Shown: positions 11,831 to 24,785, counted from the first letter of the stretch. The stretch: DNA of 64,000 bases from Carcharhinus amblyrhynchos (GCA_965287045.1 OZ336890.1:26350001-26414000); one strand, 5' to 3'. A program made the numbers and translations. Notes: generated by a model from the letters alone, not told the origin.

Positions 11831-13100
11831 CCACACCAAATTACACCCACGATAAAATCATTGGTTGGGAAGGACAGAGAATCCTGACCCCTACACCCCC
11901 CCCCCCATCCATTGCCATTTTTCCATTAAGCACTGTATTATAATTTAGAGATATTTTACATTTCTGCAAAAGTAGGCAGCAGTGTAAGCAAACTGGGTGG
12001 TGAGGCCGAGATATTTGTGAAGGGAAAGCTAGAATCCACTTGGCAGAGCTACCCTTTGAGAAGTGTCTTCACATTTTGAAGTTAGATCATTATGGGTTCC
12101 TTGCAGCATTACTGCTGCAGATCCATCGAGACGCCGGTATATATTATTTTCAGTACTTTAGGATTCGTTTCCTTTAGCTAGATTTCAAATAACAGCTTTT
12201 GATGACTGAAAAGTTACTTCAGGTGATTTCAGCAAAGAAGTGACACACATAACCGTGAAAAGTCATTCTCCAATGTTGTCACTCGTCAGTTTTTCCCAGA
12301 TACATTGTTTCAGGCAACAAAAAAATAATGAGGAATCATGAAGCTATTAGCATTTGACAGAAGAGAGAAGGGTTAAGTCCAACTCCTCAGTCCAGTTAAG
12401 CGCCGTAGAAAAAGCAGCTGTTGGATTGAAATCCTGCAAGTTTTAGCGTGTCAGTATCGCTGAGATTCAGACCTCTGTGTGCTTGCTGAGGTCAGCTCAT
12501 TTCCATTACTCTGCAACCTGCTCATTAATTAATTACTCATTAAACTAATCATAGTTGGTGTACTTCACATCAGGAGTCAGGGAGCATCCTGTAATTACGG
12601 CGAGGACAGCAGAGCACACTGCAGTGATGGTGAGAGTGAGAGAGCGTGGTATCATCATTACAAGCATCCGGTATAATAGTGAACATGGGAGCTGGACTGT
12701 GAAAGCATGTGCTATAATGATCGGGGGGATCAAGGAAGGTCACTTCAAGTATCTGGTAATAACCGTGAGCATACGAGATACAAATTCTGTTTGTTTCTTT
12801 CAGTTTTGAACTTAAAATTATCTCTAAATCCTTGTTGAGAAATTACACATTAACTCAAGAGGACTGACATAAAGGACTTGATTTTCAAAGAGGGAAGTTG
12901 CACAATGGTAGCTGCAGTGCTATCTTGATTAGTCTGACATCTTTGGATATGTACCAATTTGCAAAGGTTACAAATCACGTACTTTATTAATAACCAAGGA
13001 AGTGCAATGATGTTAATTTTATGCTCTAATCTTCTCCAGGCAGTGAGGATATTACCATGACAATACAAGCCCAAAGGCAAACTGCCATGTTTTTGGATAC

Positions 13101-14640
13101 AGGCTAGGATTTCCCTAGTCCTCCCCACAGGGGGTTTAAGAGTGGGTGGGGGGAGGTAAACAGTTCGGCAAGAACTGAAAATTCAGTAGCATGAAATGAT
13201 GGCAGGGATGTGCATTCCCACCCGTCATGGCAGGTCATCATTCTTCCCAGAGGCTGGAGTGAAGCTGTCTTGTATCCCACTAATGGGATGCAGATAAAGG
13301 CCTGGCCAGAATTGTCTCCCTCATCCAATCATCCACACTGCCAGCGGGAAATTATGCCAATCCTGAAATGTCCAGTCAAATTTGGCCTTGGCAAGTCGAG
13401 AGTCACTGGAAGGAGACCTGGAGCAGTTTGGACAAAGATTGTAAAAGGTGGAGGCCTCAACCAACCATGATTCTTGCAGCGCCACAAGCAGCCATGGGTG
13501 GGTGAAGCTTCAACCATATGGATCACAGCACTGCAGGAGCTTCCAGGAGGTGGAACTATAGGTGGACATCTGCAAGAGGTACCATTTGGTGGTAATGGGC
13601 TGTGTGAATGGGGGTGGGGGGGAACGATTAGAAGAAGAGGCAAGCAATGAAAAGTTGGGATGTGTGTGAAGGCCTTGGGGAATTCAGAGAAGTTGGGCTG
13701 GTATGGGAAAGGGTGAAGTGGGGAGGAAATGCTATGGGGATTGAGGACAGGGTGAGGTGATATGGAATGGGGGGGGGGGGTGGGAAGGGTCATGGTGGAG
13801 TATGGGCAAGGGCAGGTGTGCAAATGTGAACAGGCATCAGAGGAATAGAAGGGAAAAGAGTTCAGAGGGACATGTCTGTGCTGTCAACTGGTGAGTCCTG
13901 AGAGAGATACTGAGTGAAGCGTTGAGAGAATGGATGGTGAGGGTTAAAATGGGGCAGTGGAAGCCTGTACAGTATGAAGATGAGGATTCTGCAATGACCA
14001 ATGGAGGAACATTGAGGGTTGTTGGATGGGACACGGAGATAAACCAGATTCTCTAAGTTGACAGGCTGAGATGGGGGCATATTGATTGTCACAGGACTGG
14101 GCTCCTCAGGAAGGGTAGGGGACGTGGAAATTCACCGATAGGGTTGGAGGGTGATGGGGGAGGTTTGGAGGGTGACAGTGGTCAAAGATAACACCAGGAG
14201 GATTGTAGGTATGGATGGGGGAATGGGAGGGTATAGCGAACTGAAGAGGGTGTTGATGACAATGGGAGACTGGAAAGTGTTGGACTATCTGAAAAGTCAC
14301 ATGTACTATGACCATTTACAACCATCTGGAGCCTTGAGATGGAGAGCTTGAAATGGTGCCTGGGATTGTGTCAACGTGGGTGGGCGAAGCAGTCAGCTCA
14401 ACTGGATACCGCAGGAGAGCCCCAGCATATAGCACTGACAATGCTGGAGTATTGGGATAGATGAACGTGTGAACGGAAAAGGTTCAGTGTGTGTGGGACT
14501 TCTTGCATCCGGTTCATAAGAGCCCTGGCAAACACCTTTGCCTCACTGCATGATTCCAGGAGACAAAAATCCATCCTGGGGTGTCCCACTCAAAATGGTA
14601 GGGGTGGGGGGTTTCACACACAGGCTTAAGGCCTACAAAT
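13101..14640 (+). mobile_element. Degenerate Harbinger-like DNA transposon relic
   Basis: TIR-like start aggctaggatttccc, a Myb-like remnant (…AVWTKIVK…) near 13430, and a long G/purine-rich interior like the other Harbinger relics here. Confidence 0.45.
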
Positions 14641-14729
14641 CATAAATAAACCAAATCTAACGAGTGCAAGTGTTGTCTATTTACAAGAAACATAAAGCAT
14701 TAACAACCATAGTATACCCGTGAAACCAC

Positions 14730-14845
14730 GAGCGGGATTTTCCGGCTGTGCTGACCCCGAACCCGGAAAATCCTGCCCGAGGTCAATGGACCATTTCATG
14801 GTCTGCCCCTCTCCCCGTCACAGGCAAGGTGGTAAATTTGCCCCC
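14730..14845. mobile_element. Harbinger-type MITE
   Basis: gagcgggattttccgg … ggtaaatttgcccc, internal ccggaaaatcctgccc; similar to 24302-24548 and 33127-33226. Confidence 0.65.
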
Positions 14846-14879
14846 ATGTGTGAAATCATATCTTTTTAATCATGTGTTT

Positions 14880-16489
14880 CCTACCAGGTGGGGGTGGGGC
14901 GACCAGTTTGCACTGTTGTCTTTGATAACCGTGGTGACCATCCTTTGGAAAGCTGTGGGCCCCTGCTTAGTTTGGCTGCCCTCTGTGGGGCAGCTGTTCC
15001 CTCTGTGGTCACAGAGGATGAAGCCAAAGGGTCATAGGCAAAGGGGATTCCAAAGGGCCGGTCACCCTCAGAGTGGCCTGACTGGAGGTCTCGGGGTGTC
15101 CAACATCTGCTTCTCCTCATGGTGGGTGCCTAAAGGCACCTGCTTGACGCCTCGAGGAAAAGGAGCACCAGGAGGGAGGTTGAGGTTCCCCATTAACCTC
15201 TCGCATAGCCATAGCAAGATCTCACCCATGGCTACAGTGATGGAATACAGGTGTGCACACATCCCCAACATGAATTTGGTGTTCTGATGGAAGATGTTCA
15301 TCAGAGAGCAGGCAAATGGACTCCCTCGCCTCCTGTGCCACTCCTTTCAAAGCCCCCACCACCCCTGCCTGATGTTCCCCTGCCTCTCGCACCATCTTGG
15401 GCAGGGCCAATACCAGAGACTTGTCACCCAACTTGGGCATCGCAGATGCCTCTTCCCCAGTGGTTCTCCAATTGCAGGTGAGCTTTGCTGACCCTGCCTT
15501 CTCCTGCTGTCAACACGTGTCCACATGGCCCCTTCTGGCCTTTGAGCTCACTCTCCAATTGTGCCTTAAAAACTTTTCCTACACAGAGAGAAGATGGGGT
15601 TGAAAGTAATTGGGTTTCAGGTGTCTCTCAAATAGCCCCTGGATTGGGTGCCTTGTGGTTGATGGATGGCAGCTTATCCACAAGGGTTCTCAGGCAGCAC
15701 ATTCCAGAGCAGTGAGCCCATGCAAATAGAAGGATAACATTCACAGAGGCATGTCATTGGCAGTGCTTGCTGGAGTCCTCAATGTCAAACCCCCCTTTCC
15801 ACAATCCCCGAACAGCATGTGTGTGTGTGGGGGAGGGTCAGAGACACTCACTAGCCTCTCCACCTGGAGATTAATGGACTGCAGTGGGGAGATGAGGCAT
15901 CACCTTACACCTTATCATATTGAGTAGCTCGTTTATACATGGACTGAATGGATAGTGTCCTTGACACGGAGGCCCATGTAACCTGAAACAGTGAGGTGAG
16001 TGTGAGCAGTTGAGTGTTCATTTATGCTGGCGGAGGTCATTCATCCATTTCCAGCACTGAGGGCAGCCCTTTAGCAGAGGCCCTGGGCACTGACCACCCG
16101 GGTGACTTCCTCCAAGACAAGGTTGGTCACACAGCTTAGTTTGCTCCTTCCATTCTTGGGGTAAAACGCCTTCAGTGCACCGAACAGAACATCAAGGGAA
16201 GTGTTGTTGAACCTGGGGGCTGGGGCTCCCCAGGATCGCTGGACCATCCCCTTCTTCCACAGTGGGTTTGCAACAAAGGGTTTGATGTCTGAGCACCTTT
16301 TAAATACGACTCCAGGATATGATGGCGGGGAGCATGTCAATCTATCCCTGCTGCATGATATGTCCTGACTGCATAATTAATTAGACAGGCATCATACAAA
16401 TTTGGCACAAACTCCCACTGGCTTCCATGGCAGCAAAAACTCTCAATTCTCACCCCCCGACTTTTACCCAGAATCGAAAATCCCAGCCC
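14880..16489 (-). mobile_element. Harbinger relic with Myb/SANT ORF remnant
   Basis: ORF 16071-16340(-) …APAPRFNNTSLDVLFGALKAFYPKNGRSKLSCVTNLVLEEVTRVVSAQG resembles the Harbinger Myb/SANT N-terminus (APRF.D..LE.L…WEEVA..VSA); TIR-like end gaaaatcccagccc at 16476-16489. Confidence 0.7.
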
Positions 16490-17299
16490 GTGATTTCAGG
16501 CTTTTAGTTTAAATAGACTTTTCTTCAAATGTAACATTATCCCAAAAAAGTGACAAAGAAGTATGCCAAAGCATAATTCCTCCTCACCTCAAAATTTAAA
16601 TGAAGGCCATGGACAGAGTTATTCCTGAATAACTTTGCCTCTACGTGTTTGTACAGCTGGCTGGTGAGATAGTCAGTCATAGTGCTAGACAGGCCCAGCG
16701 AGGAGACTTACATTATGGAATAACATGCCCTTTAAAAACTGAAGGAAATACCTTTGCACATTATTAAAATGGGACAGTTGGAGGGATTAACATCATTATA
16801 CTTCCGTGGATGAAGTACACGGTTTGTACCCTTTCCAAGTTGGTACATATCTAAAAATGTCAGACTAATCAATGATAATATTGCCATGGCTATCATTTGC
16901 TTGGGATACTTTATAAAACTGTAATGAGCAAAGTAATTTACAAATCATGCTCCTACTATTACAGCATTTTGCAGATTCAGTTCTCCAGTCAGACTGAGAC
17001 GTAGGAAATCAGGAAAAGAATGGGTGCCAGTTTAAGCTGTTATTATCTTAGTATGTTTGGTCATTTTTCTTTCCACATGGGGTGCTTAATGGTATCAGAA
17101 ACTGTGAAGAAAGGAAGGGTCTTTCAATCCAAGAAGCCAGTGTGCTTTTTACGCTGAACTCGACAAAAAGAAGAAAGCTCGGACATTGTTCTCGCAAATG
17201 TTGTTAAAGCAACTGGCATCATGGCAGCATTAGGCAGCCTCACATATGGGGCACAGTTGAGAAGGAAGCATTAGAAAAGCAGACCAGTTTGTCAATGTC

Positions 17300-18720
17300 A
17301 TGCTGGAACAGGCAAGAAGGGGATAGCCCACACACCATTATCTCCATGTTCTACAGGAGAAGAGTGTGCACAACCGTTGTGAAATGTCTTGGCCAGGTGC
17401 TGGTAGGGTGGTCCATCATGGAGGGCATTGCGAGGGGGCTATCACAGCAGATCATGTGGGCAGTGGAGAGTCAGGGGCTCAGTCAGATGGAAGAGCAGGG
17501 AGGGAACTCCTGCCTCATCGGCTGCTGGCATCGAAGGGGTTGGTTGTGCCAAGGCATCTGTTGTGTAGGCTGGGTTCACCACCTTCAGGCTCTGAGGAGG
17601 AGGTGGGAGGAGCAGAGTGTCACTGGCTGCTTTGAATGGGCAAAACTCTGCAGAGTCTGCATTGTTCATCCCTACCTTCCATCAGTGCAGACACATTCAC
17701 TTTAGATGGGCTTCAAATCAAGATTAGGACAGAAAGCGCTGGATGAGCAGCGCCTCACACGTGAGCAGGTGGAGGAGGGTGAGGCAGTCAGCTATATGCA
17801 ATCCCCTTTGGAAGATAGATGACAGAAACTGTCAAGTTTCACTGCGCGACGGTGCTGGGCTTAGGGTGTCATAAATGAGGACCACCTTTCTGGATCAGGG
17901 ACAGATAAGTTCCCTATTGGTGGAGATCCCCGAAGCATTGCAGTGTTAATGACGGAGTCAGTACAGCACATGGACTTTGTGATGTATCAGATTTTTATCT
18001 CATGAACCTCTGCATTGAGAGAGTGGCTGACCTCTTGGAGATCCATACGCAGGAACAACATGCTGACATGCAAAGGGTTGTGAGCATCTGGAACTCTTCC
18101 TCAAAAGTGGAAGCAGAATCTTTGACTATTTTTAAGGCAGAATTAGATAGACTCTTGATTAGCAAAGGTAAAATGTTGTTGAAGGTAGGCAGGAGTGCAG
18201 GGATGAAGTTACAATCAGATCTGCCACGATCTTATTGAATGGTGGAGCAAGACCAAGGGGTCCTAATTTGTCTGTTCATGTGCAGAGTGATACTCTTAGT
18301 GTCACTGACTGTGTAGAGATGATTGAAGAGGAGGTCTCAACCAGCATGCAAGGGCACCATGAAATGGCTGAGATAGTTGAAGAGGATAATGAGGGGGCAA
18401 TGGCGTCATTACTTGCCCCATCCCCTCTGCCCCCCAACTCAGGAGCCATCCAGAAGAGCCTGTGACAAACACTGTCCCTGCAGCAAGTGAAGCAGCCGTT
18501 GGAGAAGCCCCAGAAACATCTCCAGGCGACAGAGGCCATAGGCATCTCAGCCAGATGCAGATACAATGGAGCAGGCTGCCTCCATCTCACCCTCAGCCAC
18601 AGGGGCAGCACCCTGAGAAAAGGGTGAGAGCGTAAGGTGCCATATTGTTTGTCATGGGTACTGTTTCCGCAACTTATTTGTTCATTTACTTCTGCTGTAA
18701 TAATAAATTGGTAGCAATTA
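17300..18720 (+). mobile_element. Harbinger Myb/SANT-gene 3' relic
   Basis: GC-rich decayed coding-like sequence (…CIERVADLLEIHTQEQHADMQ…; …gcaggctgcctcc…ggggcagcacc) similar to 55.6-56.1 kb; AATAAA near 18702. Confidence 0.5.
18073..18265 (+). mobile_element. CR1 3' fragment nested in Harbinger relic
   Basis: RVVSIWNSS…AESLTIFKAELDRLL followed by cagatctgccacgatcttattgaatggtggagcaag. Confidence 0.75.
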
Positions 18721-18849
18721 TCATTTGGCTATGTGTTTTCAGACCTCTATATTAATAATGCTGAGTGTCTATAGAGGAATGATATGATGGCAGGGGGGTG
18801 GTTGGCTGCTGGCAGCAGGGCTGGGGTTTGCAGTGACTCTATAGTTTGT

Positions 18850-19240
18850 GATGTGAGGCAATGGGATTATTCAGATGTTTGTTTGCTGGATAATTTCTCT
18901 CCCTTGTGGAAGGCAAGTTCCAACATCATCTGTCACGGTAGGAATGGCACTCAAGAGAAACATTGCTGAATCAGCATGGCCTTGCTGCAATGCCAGCATG
19001 GCAAACACCATGGATCCAGGTCCGCAGCTAATCCCGGGCTGATCTAGTTGCATAGAAATTCCACACTGCAGAGACCTTGATGGTTTTAGGCAGGGGACTG
19101 CCACTGGGGCACAGGCTTCAGGTCATTATGGATTTGAACACAAATATCCAAGACTAACTGCCTAGATAAACGCAGTCTCCGAAGGCGCTTGCATCCTTTC
19201 CATGCTTGGATGGTACACCGCTGTCTTGGGTACCTTACAG
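18850..19240 (-). pseudogene. HARBI1-like Harbinger transposase remnant
   Basis: Minus strand RYPRQR…RLRRLRLSRQLVLDICVQIHNDLKP…(frameshift)LPKTIKVSAVWNFYAT matches the Harbinger transposase N-terminal pattern RRLRLSR..V..IC…LP.A.KV..ALNFYATG. Confidence 0.7.
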
Positions 19241-19247
19241 CTTCTCT

Positions 19248-19525
19248 CGTTGCACAGTGGTTAGCACTGCCAGGACCCAGATTCAGTTTTTGGTTTGAGA
19301 CACTGTATGGAGTTTGCACATTCTCTGTGTCTCCGGGTCCTCCGGTTTCTTCCCACAATTCAAAGATGTGCAGGCTAGGTGAATTCGCCATGCTAAATTC
19401 TCCCTCAGTGTACCTAAACGGGCGGCAGAGTGTGGCAACTAGAGACTGGGGATTTTCACAGCAGCTTCGTTGCAGTGTGAATGTAGGCCTACTCGTGATT
19501 AATAAATAAACTTTACTTTTACTTT
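19248..19525 (+). mobile_element. V-SINE with Rex1-like tail
   Basis: gcacagtggttagcactgcc head, V-domain, tail …gggattttcacag…aggcctactcgtgattaataaataaactttac; inserted into the Harbinger transposase relic. Confidence 0.85.
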
Positions 19526-19819
19526 GACTTCCTCCTGACGAGGAGAGTCACTCTTCTAAATAGCCTCCTCACTTCTCTGCCCAATATTAATCTGCTCCCA
19601 TTCCAAATCCCTCATCCAGTGCTTATTCATTCAAAGTTTCTTGGGCCAACATCTGCTGTGCCACTAGCTCCAGCAATGGAAATTCTATACCTGTGGGGTG
19701 AGCAGCTCAGCATTATTCACCTTTTCTTATGTTGACCAATGCATCCGTTAGCCCTGATGGTTCCTCACTGTGTTCCAACAGCTGAACCTGACATATCCCT
19801 GTTCTCCTGCCTCAGATCT

Positions 19820-21140
19820 GTTGTAGCGGCATGGCTAACAGCAAGATTTCTTCAAAGCATGATGGGAAATAGCCTCCCTCACAAACCTATAAAATGCTGA
19901 CATTTGGGGTTTAGTCTACATCAGGAAGAAAACAAGAAGGAAAACCAGACTGGTCAAAAAGGTCTCAGAGGTAGGTATTGTTTGACTTTTGTGGTTACAA
20001 GAGCTACTATTGATGGGAACAATGGAACAGATTTGTCCAAAGGTTGTGAAAACAGGACACATGATCTCAACATTGGGGAGTTCTTGGGAGACAAGTAGAA
20101 TCAGTATAAAGGTGAAAGACTTAAGATATCTGCAATGACAATCTGGGATAAACCACTGCAAAGGAAGACCCTGAGTTCAGAACTCTCAGGCAAGTGACCA
20201 AACCTGGCCAGTTCATCATGCACAGGTGGTATTTTAAATCCAAGTTGCAAATCTTGCAACCTGTCATAGATAAATGCTAAAAGTAGAGCAGTGAGCTAAA
20301 CAAATTATCTTTAAGGAGGAAGGTATATTGGGTATGTGTGTTTTGTATGTTCAAGTATTAAGTAATAAACTGTAAGTTGAACCAGTTTATTGTCTGGGGC
20401 CTTTGTCCAACACAATGAAGTAAACAGTTGACGCCCTCAAGAGACAAGAGTTAACACTGTTAATGTGTCCTACGAAGAGTTCACAACAATTTTATTGGGG
20501 GTGAGCAGATTTCAGGGCTCCCACACCCTGTCCTTTTGAAAACAGTGTTGCATTTGGATGCAGCGAGACCCAGTGACCCCTTCTGGGAAGGCATTTTTCA
20601 ATGCACATTCACACCTATGCTCGCCTCCACTGACAACTGAATACTCAGGTCACATCTGAAAGACCACTTAAAACTTTATAACAACCCAGTGAGCAGCAAT
20701 GAGTTTTAAAACTAGTCTGCAGCTACGACCTTTTGTCCTCCGTTTAACTTGAAACATTCCGGACGTCTTTTCCGTTCTTGTTGGCATCGCACATGCCTCT
20801 CTAAGATGGCCTCTAAACTGGTATCATTCAAACCTAAAGAGTCCCAAGCTTTCAATTCTGCTCACAGCCTACACCTTCTGCATTTGGGATCAGCCTCTCA
20901 GGTTTGCTCTGCACCATCTCAACAACTTGGATGTTTCCCTTGCATCTCGACGTTAACGGAACTCAGTATTCAAGTTTCAGCTTAAACAAGGTACCTTGGA
21001 TTTAAATTCACCGATTTGGTAATATAGATCATGTTTTATCAGCTTTGTTAGTTGCTGCTGGCTCACGGTTGAACATTTTCAGTATTAAGCTTACCAACAC
21101 ATATTCATGCCTTTCAGTCTCTCTTGCATCGGTCCAACAC
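19820..21140 (+). mobile_element. Possible LTR-derived sequence
   Basis: TG start, tataaaa at ~19888, aataaa at ~20364, segments ending …gtccaaca at ~20411 and ~21139; no TSD identified. Confidence 0.25.
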
Positions 21141-21156
21141 CATTCATTTAGCAAAC

Positions 21157-21452
21157 ACAGAACATAGATAGAACATTACAGCGCAGTACAGGCCCTTCGG
21201 CCCTCGATGTCGCGCCGACCAGTGGAACCAATCTAATGACCCTCTAACCTAAACTATTCTAATGTTATCCACATGCCTATCCACTGACTATTTGAACGCC
21301 CTTAAAGTTGGCGAGTCCACAACTGCTGCAGGCAGGGCATTCCACACCCTTACTACCCTCTGAGTAAAGAACCTACCTTTGACATCTGTCCTACAATTAC
21401 CACCCCTCAATTTAAAGCTATGTCCCCTTGTGTTAGCCATCACCATCCGAGG
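21157..21452 (-). mobile_element. CR1 3' fragment
   Basis: agaacatagatagaacattacagcgcagtacaggcccttcggccctcgatgtcgcgccgacc tail; the reverse strand encodes …TQRVVRVWNALPAAVV. Confidence 0.85.
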
Positions 21453-21513
21453 TCACCATCTCACCCATTTTTAATTTCAGTTGTAAAGCATTGCAGTTGT
21501 TTTGTCTCTATGA

Positions 21514-21827
21514 GTGGCACAGCGATTAGTACTGCTGCCTCACAGTGCCAGGGACCCGGGTTCAGTTCCAGCTTTGGGTGACTGTCCGTGTGGAGTTTGC
21601 ACATTCTCTCCGTGTCTGAGTGGGTTTCTTCCAGGTGCTCTGGTTTCCTCCTACAGTCTGAAAGACGTGCTGGTTAAGTTGACTAGCGATACTAAATTGT
21701 CGCTTCGTGTCAGGAGGATTGGCAGGGTAAGTACATGAGGTTAAGGGATAGGGGCTGGTGGGATTGTTGTCGGTGCAGGCACAATAGGCCAAATGGCCTC
21801 TTTCTGCACTGTAGGAATTCTACGATT
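21514..21827 (+). mobile_element. HE1-like V-SINE with CR1 tail
   Basis: gtggcacagcgattagtactgctgcctcacagtgccagggacccgggttca head, V-domain, tail ggccaaatggcctctttctgcactgtaggaattctacga. Confidence 0.88.
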
Positions 21828-22334
21828 GTCATCTGCCATGGTCTCGCCCACTTGCTGACTGCTGATTTATCTGAACTTCTCCAGCTGCCCATATAGGACA
21901 GTGAAGCATCAGGCTGAAGTTTCAGTTCCCACCATTTGAATCCAGCAGTGAAATGTGGACACCAAATGGGCACCCCGATACACCTCATCATATCAGGCCA
22001 CAGAAATATTGGTCACCTGAGACATGGAGAAGAGGCCCATGGTCAGCTCTTGGATTAATAGCCAATATCTCAAGTGAAAAAGTGGCCACAAAGTTCCTTT
22101 ATCTGGACACTTGTCTGGCTATAATAACCATCATAAGACCATCTTTGGCATGTGCTGCAACTCCAAGCATTGCTAGTATACAAAAACATTATTTTAATTA
22201 CTAGAATGGGAATGGGAGATGATATCATTGGTAAATAATGAAGAAAGTTCACTGTTAAGCTACGGTTCAGATGGTCAAATACTCACCTAAGTCAGAAGGC
22301 GATGGATTCAAGACCAGCTCCAAAAAAACTCAGC

Positions 22335-22759
22335 GGGAATAAAGGGAAAAGGAAGACAGCTCAAGTGTGACTCGTGCTCTCAGGTACAGATGCAAACTGG
22401 TCATTCAGAATGAAGACAAGACTGCAAGTCAGGGCTTCCAGACTTGGCTGGATCTCTATTTCACATTACTTCTTTTAAAATTTCGGCTACAAGTTACCAA
22501 AGAAGAATTAAATAAAAAACTTATATAAAGAAAATTAGGAAACAGAGAGGCCAGCAAATTCTTCACTTTGCCATTTTCCACAGAAAATATGGCAGAGACA
22601 CGCCAGAGCAGGACTTCTGAGCCACGCCAGGTGAGGTTTAATACAAAATTGACCACCAAGACAAAACCTATTGTCTCATGAGAAGAAAGGCTGCCAAAGG
22701 CATCTGCACCTTGTGGACAATGACTCACTTGTGCTGTCTTCTTTTTCCCCTTATGTTCC
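22335..22759. repeat. Imperfect ~60-bp inverted repeat flanking ~300 bp (MITE-like)
   Basis: 22335-22393 gggaataaagggaaaaggaagacagctcaagtgtgactcgtgctctcaggtacagatgc vs the reverse complement of 22700-22759 ggaacataaggggaaaaagaagacagcacaagtgagtcattgtccacaaggtgcagatgc. Confidence 0.65.
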
Positions 22760-24301
22760 TGCTCTTTCGAGCTCGACATTTCTCCTTGTGCACAAGTGCA
22801 TCTCTCTCTTTCCCCAGGGTAAGATATTCATTATTTAAGTAAATGACTGAGGGAGCTAGATTGCTACTCTGCATGCACTTGAATAATTGAATCAACAATA
22901 TGTAGTTGTCACCCTGCTGTGTTGTATTGATCCCTTTATGTACGGCAAACCTCTCTCATTGCTATCTTCGCCTTACACATTCGACAAGCCAAAGCAAGAT
23001 GTTAAAAATAAGATGTTGGTGGGCGATTTTATTTTTCAGGAAATATTATTTGAAGATAGATATGTACTTGGAGTGTGACTTTGTTATAGTATTGCAATAT
23101 ACATTCTACATTAAAAAAGTAATTTTTAACCCTCAAGAACTGCAATCATCATATCACCACTGTAAACCACAGACCGTTGTCTGGAGCTACCTATAAGGAT
23201 CATTCATTAATTCACATGGAAATTAAAGAGCTGGGGGAGGAATTTCAAGCATTGATGGAAAAATGACAGAAGTTCTTGTAATCAGATAATGGAGATGCTG
23301 ATGTTCAGGTTAGGGTAGTGAACATGCAAGTGCAAAGCATTTTTGCACCAAAATGAACCTGTATTCAAACAATTTTAGAGCTATAATCGGCATTGTGGAG
23401 ATCGCATCATCAACGGTGGAAAAATATGAATTACTTTACATATAAATGAACAACTCACATTTTTTGAAAACTTAAGCAAAATGTTATGTTAATGCAGTTT
23501 GTCTCCCTGTCAGGGCAGTTCAACTCAAAAAAATCTGAAGTACAGCTATTAAGAATTTCTCTCTTCTTCACAGCTGTTCTCAATGACAGAATGTTGGAAC
23601 AGCGTGATCTCGCAGTTCCACAAATCATTTTTTTTTTAAAAAACTTCTATTGTTCCTTCATAAAAATTCTATGCAAAAAATGCCTGCCAGGCATCATTTT
23701 AAGTCTCCTAAAATTTAAATTGAATTTTTTCCGGGAAATAGCTACTTCAACAGTCATATTTGGTCCCCCCACCACACCAAAAAGAATTAACCGCACCAAA
23801 TAAAAGAACATGCCACCTCCCCGTGTGTTAAATATGGCTAAAGTTGGTTCCAGCAAACTGCAGCTTAAATTGTTCAGGGGATCAATGAAATCACAAATTG
23901 TTTTCTCCAAGATTGATGGAGAAAAAACTGCATAAGTGTACAAACTTGTAGCAAATAAACCTCTAAGTGCACATATAACAAAGCAAAATTGATTGGTATT
24001 GTGTGTTAGCTTTATATTATGACCAGAATTTGGTCTCAAAGTGTTGCTCATTTAAACCGTATTTCTAAATGAGCAACTATAGATATCTTATGATCAGAAA
24101 GAGGCAGACCTGCTCCAAGAATCTGAAGAGATTTTCCATTCACTCCAATTTATATGACATTCTAGACTCCCAAGTACTCAGGGTTTGCAACGTTCCTTTG
24201 CACCTATTTGTATTGCTAAATACCAACACCACAAGAAGAATCTTGAATGCTAACTAATTCTGTTGGAGGTACACTCTCTGCTTCCCATCTCGTCCGAATT
24301 A

Positions 24302-24548
24302 AGGGTGGGATTTCCCAGGCCCCGCCAGCAGCAGGTCTGACGGGAAATTTTGAAGAGTGGCCATGCATTGCTCTGAAAATTTTCCCATCCCGCCCACAGC
24401 AATGCCTGCCGCTAGTGAAATGGTGAGATTTTCCAGTCACACTCGCCCCCAAGACCAGAAATTCTCGCCCAAGGTCAACTGACCTTTGTACGGCCCTGTC
24501 TCGCACGCTACAATTCCTGTGGCAGGCAGGGTGGGAAAATTCCACCCA
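24302..24548. mobile_element. Harbinger-type MITE
   Basis: TIRs gggtgggatttccc / gggaaaattccaccc; flanked by TAA on the left and AAA on the right (near-TAA target site). Confidence 0.75.
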
Positions 24549-24639
24549 AAGTGTTCTTTTGACTTGCATTGGAACATTTATCTGAAACCTGATCAAAAAT
24601 AAAATAGTGGGTGCCAAAACTTTGTCAAAATTTTCTGGA

Positions 24640-24785
24640 CTAATTGCTGGATTTGTTTTTAGGTAAATGGATCAAAGGATCTGAAGAGAAGGCAAGGTAA
24701 CTGGAGTTAAGGAATGGTTATTATCTAACTGAGTAGCTGATAAGGATCAAGGGACTGACTGGACCACTCTATCCATGTGCCTAAA
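24640..24785 (+). mobile_element. Old CR1 3' fragment
   Basis: …ggatttgtttttaggtaaatggatcaaaggatctgaagagaaggcaagg…ggagttaagg resembles the CR1 ORF2 end and 3'UTR. Confidence 0.55.

Noticed and set aside
13329-14351. Pro/His-rich ORFs (up to 164 aa) and G-quadruplex-like runs
   Set aside because: Artefact of the G-skewed interior of a Harbinger relic; no domain, low complexity.
14748-15287. 179-aa ORF, the longest in the window
   Set aside because: Starts in a MITE and runs antisense to a Harbinger Myb relic; no recognisable protein.
23647-24051. 134-aa minus-strand ORF
   Set aside because: No motif or codon-like signal; this length can arise by chance.
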